Shown: in pieces, positions 25,881-32,000 of the stretch
Numbering within the stretch: the first letter of the stretch is position 1
How the letters are laid out: the number at the start of each line of letters is the position of its first letter
Origin: Pseudomonas phage 201phi2-1
Sequence record: NC_010821.1
DNA: 32,000 nt
Reading direction: 5' to 3' (one strand)
Program-made: the position numbers and the translations under genes
Notes under the pieces: model-generated
Told to the model about the DNA's origin: nothing
The model's database searches: none
What the model saw: the letters and a program-made list of their open reading frames with translations, nothing else

Positions 25881-27835
25881 TGGACCACCACCTTAGCATA
25901 CGGAGGGTAGATACGATCAACTTGCGGTGCGATCGTATTGATAGGTTTGAGGACTGTCTCCAATGGATCTGCCAGATCCAGAACCAACAATATCGAATCC
26001 GAGGTGTCATTCAACCATGGTTGGCTAAGCATTGTGTAGATTCGATTGTTGTGGAAAGTGGACGTACCTTTGAATCGCTTCTGTGCACCGATGCTAGGTA
26101 CGTCGGCCATAACTTTCAGCCATCTGGATTCATTTGGTAACCACTGATAAACATAGAACTTAGCTTCGTCTGACGGAATACTTGCGCTGGTAACCAAGAA
26201 CAATGTGTCACGCCATGTAAATAACTTACCGCCTTTGGTGACTGGCAGTTCGGTACCTTGGGTTGTGATGCTCGACATATAGAACGAGTTCGGTGGGTTC
26301 AGCGGTAAAGCTTTACGATAAGCTGCGTTCGTATAACCATTAGCTGAACGCGTGCCGCCGACCTCCATCAGATATCCAGCGTATGCCCCAACAGCTGCAC
26401 CGCCGGAGGTTGATGGCATTCCCGTAGTACCTGTTTGCAGAGTACCGTCAAACGTAGCCGCTTCGGCGGAGTAGTAAGTACTAGCTATGGTGGGTTGTTC
26501 GGTGTAATAAGCTCCGAAGATAAAGATCATATCTTTATTTAGAGCCGTATCGAAGTAGACCGTACCACTGGAACCAAAGCCAAATGTAACGTTGGTAGTC
26601 AGTGTAGTCCACAACCCTTCCGGTGTACCATTGTCCTCCCAGACTTGAACGTCGTTGTAGAGTTCTTGATAACTCCACTCGGTCGTGCCAATGCGCTTCA
26701 CACCACCAAAACAATAAATCTTATTGTTATAGACCCACGTTACTGGCTGGTAAACTCCAACTGGTAGCGGTGCATGGATTTGTTCGTCCTCACCATTCAA
26801 ATCAAAACTGATGTGCCTGGTAGATGCATCTAACCCGGTAGTGAAGGTGGTTGAAATACCACCGAAGAAGTGAACTCGGTTGTTAACAACTTCTGCACCA
26901 CACATCATCATCCGGTCTTCAGGTAGAGTAGGTTTAACCACTACATCAGAATCTGGAAAGGCTGTGTCACTCCGACTAACCAATTCCAACACCATGAACA
27001 ATGGGTGCACACCATTCCAATCAATTAGTATTTGATTGCCGGCAAGATCGACACTAAGGTTATCTGCTTCGGTCATACGACTTGAAGTAACAACAGGTGA
27101 ACTGTAGGTATGTGGATTGTTATTAGAGATCGCAACTTCCTGTTGATTACCCAATACCGATGATGGATACAGTTTGATATAGAGTTGATTGAACTCGTTC
27201 TCAGTCATCAATCTGAATCGGTAGGTAAATCCATTAGCATGTACCTTACGACCTTGCTGCACTTTAGTTGTGATGGAGTTATATAAAACCGCATTAAGCT
27301 GGTCCTTACCATCGCCACTGCTAAATAATGCACCTGCTTTATAAAGCTCTTCCAAAGAACCTTGTACCACGGGTACGTCTGTAATAAAAAGTACCTTGTC
27401 ATCAATCAAACATTTCTCAACGTTTGTGTTAGCATGATCGACCCCTTCGATCCATGGGATATTAGGAAAGTCTACAGGTAACTGACTAACTGGATAAACC
27501 GTGTTAAGTGGAATCGATCCATAGCGTCCTACTTTAGCATCACCCCTTAAGATCATATCGGGAACGGTACTATCTGGATTGACCTGAGGACCCGTGAAGT
27601 ATTTCTTCATGGTCGTGTACATCGGACCAACGATCTCAGATGCGTTGTGCACTACACCAATCCGGTAATACACTAGTCGATTAAGTTCAACTGTGGTATC
27701 ATGGTACTCGGTTGTAGTGGCGGGTAAAGATACCAGGGGAGTAGGACACTTATCATAAGTGAACGTTTCGTAACTGCGATAAATATTAATTGTGCTATCG
27801 GCAGTCGTATTGTAATTCGTCAAGTCAATACGCAT
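25877..27835 (-). CDS. Putative tail/fibre protein: FN3-like N-terminus plus Kelch-like beta-propeller repeats
   Basis: Repeats NRVHFFGGIST, NKIYCFGGVKR, KDMIFIFGAYY, YLMEVGGTRS, NRIYTML; N-terminal IYRSYETFTYDK...YYRIGVVHNASEIVGP. Confidence 0.7.
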   Translation of the reverse strand: MRIDLTNYNTTADSTINIYRSYETFTYDKCPTPLVSLPATTTEYHDTTVELNRLVYYRIGVVHNASEIVGPMYTTMKKYFTGPQVNPDSTVPDMILRGDAKVGRYGSIPLNTVYPVSQLPVDFPNIPWIEGVDHANTNVEKCLIDDKVLFITDVPVVQGSLEELYKAGALFSSGDGKDQLNAVLYNSITTKVQQGRKVHANGFTYRFRLMTENEFNQLYIKLYPSSVLGNQQEVAISNNNPHTYSSPVVTSSRMTEADNLSVDLAGNQILIDWNGVHPLFMVLELVSRSDTAFPDSDVVVKPTLPEDRMMMCGAEVVNNRVHFFGGISTTFTTGLDASTRHISFDLNGEDEQIHAPLPVGVYQPVTWVYNNKIYCFGGVKRIGTTEWSYQELYNDVQVWEDNGTPEGLWTTLTTNVTFGFGSSGTVYFDTALNKDMIFIFGAYYTEQPTIASTYYSAEAATFDGTLQTGTTGMPSTSGGAAVGAYAGYLMEVGGTRSANGYTNAAYRKALPLNPPNSFYMSSITTQGTELPVTKGGKLFTWRDTLFLVTSASIPSDEAKFYVYQWLPNESRWLKVMADVPSIGAQKRFKGTSTFHNNRIYTMLSQPWLNDTSDSILLVLDLADPLETVLKPINTIAPQVDRIYPPYAKVVVQ

Positions 27836-27837
27836 GT

Positions 27838-28803
27838 TCAGCTCCCATCAATAGGTCCAGTTAGGCCAGTGTAAACCAGTACGGGCCAGATCAACGTAGA
27901 GTCCCAATTACTCGTAACTGAATAATCAACATCTTCCACGTGTAGTTCTTTTGGTCGAGCTGGGGCAGGACCTGTCGCGGTCGTCCAATTAATAGACGTT
28001 CCAGTGGTATCAGTCCAATCGCAAGTTAAGATCCACTTCACAGTGTCGCTTGGGTAACGCTGTGTAAGTGTATCATAGAACTTCACTTGACCATTATTGA
28101 TACCTAACCGATTACCTGTTTTGTTGCCAGTATCAGCGTCTTCAATCCGAGAATACATCTCAGTGATCACACCCAACATGGATCTAAGTTCGCCAGGGAA
28201 GTGTTCTATGTCATGTTCAGTATTAGACGAGTGTACTGCCGATGGAACTAACAAAGCCCATTCATGTAAACCCATCGTGAATTTAATGGGTTGACCTGAG
28301 ATCAATGTTTGGACCTGGGTGTCTTGTAAACTGATCTCAGTACCTAATGCAACCGGGTAACTAAAGGTACCGCGTACTGAACCACCTACAGCGAACTTAT
28401 GTGGGTAAGTATTAAGCGATTCATCTAGTGGTGATAAGCCAAGTATATTGCGGACATAATTCAAAGAAGGTATCGTAGCCCCATCGGATGGGAATACGTC
28501 GTAATAACCAAATCGTTCATCACCAAAGACGGTTCTCGAATTACCTGGACCTGTATACGGGTTTGCATCAAACGCAAATAGTTTAGACATTGGGGACGCG
28601 TCCTGTCCCGTAACAGACTTAAACCGATAATAATAGGTTAAGCCCTGCTCTACGTCCGTATCAAGGTAAGTCGAAATACCGTTGTCGACTGTTGCGATTA
28701 AAGCTGCCTCATCAGGACGCTCAAAAGGAGACGTTGATCGATAGATCTCAGTCTTATGTACTGACCCAGTATTAGGGTCTAACCATTTAAGTTGAATTAA
28801 CAT
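27838..28803 (-). CDS. Putative tail/fibre-associated protein with FN3-like N-terminus
   Basis: EIYRSTSPFERPDEAALIATVDNGISTYLDTDVEQGLTYYYRFKSVTGQDASPMS; first large gene of the tandem set. Confidence 0.65.
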   Translation of the reverse strand: MLIQLKWLDPNTGSVHKTEIYRSTSPFERPDEAALIATVDNGISTYLDTDVEQGLTYYYRFKSVTGQDASPMSKLFAFDANPYTGPGNSRTVFGDERFGYYDVFPSDGATIPSLNYVRNILGLSPLDESLNTYPHKFAVGGSVRGTFSYPVALGTEISLQDTQVQTLISGQPIKFTMGLHEWALLVPSAVHSSNTEHDIEHFPGELRSMLGVITEMYSRIEDADTGNKTGNRLGINNGQVKFYDTLTQRYPSDTVKWILTCDWTDTTGTSINWTTATGPAPARPKELHVEDVDYSVTSNWDSTLIWPVLVYTGLTGPIDGS

Positions 28804-28804
28804 A

Positions 28805-28966
28805 TTAGGCCGGTCCTGGTATAATCTGTGGTTCTTCGGTAGTTGTGTTATCTACATCTATAACCTGGAATGTAGCAGCTGGTGGAATGCTACCTTCGTA
28901 AACGTCAATCGCGTCAGTGATTGCCTGTAACGGCACACCACCAACAAATAGTAAGGCGTCTATCAT
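28805..28966 (-). CDS. Small hypothetical protein (53 aa), absent from the ORF track: MIDALLFVGGVPLQAITDAIDVYEGSIPPAATFQVIDVDNTTTEEPQIIPGPA
   Basis: ATG after GAGGTAACT; ends one base before the 28803 start (TAATATG). Confidence 0.7.
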   Translation of the reverse strand: MIDALLFVGGVPLQAITDAIDVYEGSIPPAATFQVIDVDNTTTEEPQIIPGPA

Positions 28967-29010
28967 AGTTACCTCGATGATTTACAGAGTTACATAACAT
29001 AACGGCATAA

Positions 29011-29030
29011 AGCCTCCCCGGAGGGAGGCT
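29011..29030 (-). terminator. Hairpin AGCCTCCC-TCCG-GGGAGGCT (minus strand)
   Basis: Perfect 8-bp stem overlapping the stop of the 29029 gene; UNCG-type loop. Confidence 0.55.
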
Positions 29031-29340
29031 AATATAGTGTGCCGATCATGTAATTGGAAAGATAGATATCGATACTTCTGTCAGTATGGGTAACTCGCGG
29101 TTTCCAATAAGTGTCTCGGCCAGCCAGTGCATCTCGAGCTAAATGACTTTTATATAAGTCCAATAGAAAAGACTCCAGCATAGCCGCCTTTTGAGCGAGG
29201 GTGTGCGAAGAGTCACAGAGGATATTAGCTTCAATATACGTGCGCAGGTTGGTAGCGTAGTATTGGATCAGAGCTTTATCGGGACCAGCTATTTCATCAT
29301 ACGGATCATGTTGCGTTCCAGTCAAATTAGTTTGTATCAT
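29029..29340 (-). CDS. Hypothetical protein
   Basis: ORF 103 aa. Confidence 0.75.
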   Translation of the reverse strand: MIQTNLTGTQHDPYDEIAGPDKALIQYYATNLRTYIEANILCDSSHTLAQKAAMLESFLLDLYKSHLARDALAGRDTYWKPRVTHTDRSIDIYLSNYMIGTLY

Positions 29341-29348
29341 GGTTGTTC

Positions 29349-29687
29349 CTAAGTGATGGTGAGAATACTATCGCCATTATAGAAGACTTCAACAATAGTC
29401 TTGTTTATATTAACCCATTTTGCTTCGATCGTGTGATCGGGTTTAGTTGCGAACGACATGATCTTGTAAAACTCTAGGTGTTCATTCAACCGATTCAGGA
29501 CAAACTGATCGAGTAGTTGTCCCCGATACCTTTCGACAAATATTGGAACTACGATATTGCAGTACGTTTCGATTAATTCATCATGTGGACATTTGGTTGG
29601 GAAGGCCAACTGATATTTTAACCTAGTTAGATCCCATGACGCGTCTCTTTCAGCCTGCGATCTGAAATCGTTAGTGTAAGGATACAT
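29349..29687 (-). CDS. Hypothetical protein (MYPYTNDFRSQAERDASWDL...)
   Basis: Track start at 29693 is GTG; ATG at 29687 with GGGGTG upstream. Confidence 0.75.
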   Translation of the reverse strand: MYPYTNDFRSQAERDASWDLTRLKYQLAFPTKCPHDELIETYCNIVVPIFVERYRGQLLDQFVLNRLNEHLEFYKIMSFATKPDHTIEAKWVNINKTIVEVFYNGDSILTIT

Positions 29688-29689
29688 AA

Positions 29690-30208
29690 TCACCCCATGT
29701 CGTTGCAGATAATGACGCCATCAAAGCCAATGTTAGTCAGCCAGTTATAGAACTTCTCTTTACGCACTGCTTTAAAGAAGGCCACCGAATTCTGAATGTA
29801 AATTCTATTAATGGTGATATTGAAGAAATCGTAATCTTGGCGAACGAATTCAGATATCTCCATCTGTGTTAACACTCGCCTTACCACACTTAGCGGTAAG
29901 CTGGTATTATCCCCGGTTGAGCCGATCGGAACGTATTCACGGTTAAATGTAAAGCTATTGCGAAAGGTCTCACGAACACTTTGGTTAGGGGTGATTAGGA
30001 TAGCATCGTCGTACTTAAGGAAATCTTGATGCATCCAGTACGCAGCACCACATTGCCTAGGTGCACGATAACCTACTGTTTTAAAATCTTTAAGCCATGT
30101 AGCTTGATCATGTTCCAACCCGAAGTGTGCTTTCAATTCAGTGTGGGTCGTTGCTTTCTCAATCATGCCATCAATGAAGCTTTGAATAGCCTCTATATGT
30201 GGATACAT
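29690..30208 (-). CDS. P-loop-NTPase-like protein with degenerate Walker A (PRQCGAA)
   Basis: DFKTVGYRAPRQCGAAYWMHQDFLKYDDAILITPNQSVRETFRNSF; paralogue of 22637-23140. Confidence 0.65.
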   Translation of the reverse strand: MYPHIEAIQSFIDGMIEKATTHTELKAHFGLEHDQATWLKDFKTVGYRAPRQCGAAYWMHQDFLKYDDAILITPNQSVRETFRNSFTFNREYVPIGSTGDNTSLPLSVVRRVLTQMEISEFVRQDYDFFNITINRIYIQNSVAFFKAVRKEKFYNWLTNIGFDGVIICNDMG

Positions 30209-30234
30209 TGTTATTACCTCTTAGTCGAAATAAA

Positions 30235-30252
30235 TCCTGCCCGAAGGCAGGA
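30235..30252 (-). terminator. UUCG-tetraloop hairpin TCCTGCC-TTCG-GGCAGGA downstream of the tRNA (minus strand), followed by TTTATTT
   Basis: Perfect 7-bp stem with a T-rich tail on the minus strand. Confidence 0.7.
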
Positions 30253-30262
30253 CTATTAGAAT

Positions 30263-30349
30263 TGGTGCCGGTGGTGGGCCTCGATCCCACAATCCCTTAC
30301 GGGCGGCGGATTTTAAGTCCGCTATCTATACCAATTCGATCACACCGGC
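30263..30349 (-). tRNA. tRNA-Leu, anticodon UAA, CCA encoded
   Basis: Acceptor GCCGGTG/CACCGGC-A-CCA, anticodon arm GCGGA-CTTAAAA-TCCGC, long class II variable arm GCCC-GTAA-GGG, T arm GTGGG-ATCGAGG-CCCAC. Confidence 0.93.
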
Positions 30350-30423
30350 GGGTAGCACTGACGAATCAGTGCGACGGACTATACTGGTCCGTTGCAGCTC
30401 AGTTACCATGAGTAGGCTATCAC

Positions 30424-30455
30424 GGAGTGTAATTACTCATATAGTATTACACTCC
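30424..30455. repeat. Perfect 10-bp inverted repeat GGAGTGTAAT-(12 nt)-ATTACACTCC
   Basis: Directly readable palindrome downstream of the 30470-31090 stop codon. Confidence 0.8.
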
Positions 30456-30469
30456 TGGTATTCTTTTAC

Positions 30470-31090
30470 TTAGGGGGTTACCAGCTCGCCCCATTTAGGA
30501 TCAAAGGCAATCAACTCGTCACGACTGAGTTCACGCATCCGCCAAGCTTGGATGGAATCAAACTTGATTGTGTTATCGTGACAGGAGTACATGTATCCTT
30601 GAATTCGGTGACCGTCGGTAGTATAGCCAGTGGTTTCAATTGGGCACACGAATACGTTACCGCGTGCACCTTGCTTGAACGTGTAGTCCTTTAGTCCGTA
30701 AACACGTACATTGATTCCTTCACTGACCGTACTTGAGCGACCAGTGGGCCATATGGCATTTTCATAGTAATCAACTTGAGCAATGGTAGCGGGCAGCAGT
30801 TTACGGAGTTCATATTCAAACTCTATCTTCAGCTTGATGTTATTCAGTGCATCGAATACGACTTGATCAAATACATAGAAGCCTTCATGGGTGTGTCCTT
30901 CGCCTCTATGTACGATGAAACCGTGTTCGCGTTCACCTACGTGAATCGGGTATTGCTCCGTAGATTCCTTAATAGCCCAATCACTGACGTATTCTATTGA
31001 TTCTACGACTGTTAGAGTCTTACCAGATTGGTGAGTGACCGTGATTGGACCGTGTTGGTCGATGTACGTGCGGATGATGTTGTCATTCAT
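30470..31090 (-). CDS. Hypothetical protein (MNDNIIRTYIDQHGPITV...)
   Basis: Track start at 31138; Met at 31090 is more plausible given the promoter-like TATATTAA at 31143-31150. Confidence 0.75.
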   Translation of the reverse strand: MNDNIIRTYIDQHGPITVTHQSGKTLTVVESIEYVSDWAIKESTEQYPIHVGEREHGFIVHRGEGHTHEGFYVFDQVVFDALNNIKLKIEFEYELRKLLPATIAQVDYYENAIWPTGRSSTVSEGINVRVYGLKDYTFKQGARGNVFVCPIETTGYTTDGHRIQGYMYSCHDNTIKFDSIQAWRMRELSRDELIAFDPKWGELVTP

Positions 31091-31161
31091 TTTTAATTGC
31101 CTTTGATATTGGACATCGTCTTGGTGACGTGCCTTCAATAAATTAATATAGCTAGTATTAT

Positions 31162-31740
31162 TTAACCGTTGAACTTACGAGCTTCGGTTTCATTATCGTA
31201 GAGTGTGCAACCCCAGTTAGACCAGAGTCCGGTGTTAGGGTTGTAACGCCACTCTTTGGTTTTGTGTTCGCCGAGTTGTTCTTTAAGGTTTTTCACGGCT
31301 TCATTAAAGCTATAGCCTACACCTTTACCCAACAGGTGGGCTTTAGCGTCTTCACCCGTTGCGCGATAACCTTCCATCCATACTTCGAACTCACGTAGTT
31401 TCAATACCGTACCACGTTGCTCCTTCAGGACTTGCATAACTTGTTCGAAGTCGTCATAACCCAATGCGGTTAAATCGCGCATCAATGCACGTTGCGCGTC
31501 ACCATCTTTCAGATGTTCCACCAGATCCTCGTCAACGATCATCAGACCGCCTAATGCAATGATGTTAGCTAACTGTTGTACTTTCATCCACTCGCCCTTA
31601 GGATCGACTACAGGTTCTCCTGAAGGTGGGGGTGCATGACGGTCTAAGATGATACCGATTGGTTTGATGGTGTATCGAGTTAGACGTTTAAACACATTAG
31701 TGTGGTCTAGGTTAACTTCGGTTGTAAATTCTTGTGTCAT
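31162..31740 (-). CDS. Hypothetical protein
   Basis: ORF 192 aa. Confidence 0.85.
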   Translation of the reverse strand: MTQEFTTEVNLDHTNVFKRLTRYTIKPIGIILDRHAPPPSGEPVVDPKGEWMKVQQLANIIALGGLMIVDEDLVEHLKDGDAQRALMRDLTALGYDDFEQVMQVLKEQRGTVLKLREFEVWMEGYRATGEDAKAHLLGKGVGYSFNEAVKNLKEQLGEHKTKEWRYNPNTGLWSNWGCTLYDNETEARKFNG

Positions 31741-31749
31741 TTTAGTTAC

Positions 31750-31944
31750 TCAGTGAATTACGTCAATGCCATGGGTATGACACATGCACGTACATAGGTC
31801 GGATTCCTTCCCGTCTAGTAATAGGAAGGATTGTTGTGGCCATCGTTGCTCACGACTGTAGATCCATTTAGCCATATCAGACTCACGGTCTTCGCGGACT
31901 TCTACAATAGCACTTAAGCCGAATAACTCCCGGATGGTTTCCAT
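31750..31944 (-). CDS. Small hypothetical protein containing a CTCMCHTH cysteine/histidine cluster
   Basis: ORF 64 aa. Confidence 0.65.
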   Translation of the reverse strand: METIRELFGLSAIVEVREDRESDMAKWIYSREQRWPQQSFLLLDGKESDLCTCMCHTHGIDVIH

Positions 31945-32000
31945 ATTGACTGCACCCGGAGAAGTTTGATATTTTGCATAGGTTCTTTCACAGCAGGGTT

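Noticed and set aside
30199-30411. + strand ORF of 70 aa across the tRNA
   Set aside because: It runs antisense through a convincing tRNA-Leu and its flanking hairpins; very unlikely to be coding.
1-32000. CRISPR array, restriction-modification, toxin-antitoxin or transposon signatures
   Set aside because: No regularly spaced direct repeats, transposase/integrase motifs or methyltransferase motifs were recognised by reading.

Overview
The window looks like an accessory or early region, plus a structural-gene cassette, of a large tailed-phage genome. This rests on dense short genes, frequent ATGA/TAATG stop-start overlaps, Shine-Dalgarno sites before most starts, few recognisable products, and short hairpins between genes. 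The motif TATATTAC in two intergenic gaps resembles the early-promoter motif described for phiKZ-like jumbo phages, but taxonomy cannot be proven from sequence alone. Genes form four directional blocks: + (1-19795), - (19846-23140), + (23268-24115), - (24163-31944). Recognisable items are: an RlmN/Cfr-like radical SAM protein (21162-22070, -); a possible ADP-ribosyltransferase-fold protein (7576-8091, +); a tandem set of putative tail/fibre proteins sharing an N-terminal fibronectin-III-like scaffold, one with Kelch-like repeats (24163-28803, -); a tRNA-Leu(UAA) with encoded CCA (30263-30349, -); a pair of paralogous, Walker-A-degenerate ATPase-like proteins (22637-23140 and 29690-30208, both -); and a gene-free, highly structured ~480 nt interval ending in a strong terminator (17041-17525) that is the best candidate for an undescribed noncoding RNA. 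Most other genes are hypothetical. Several small genes under 60 aa are missing from the supplied ORF track.
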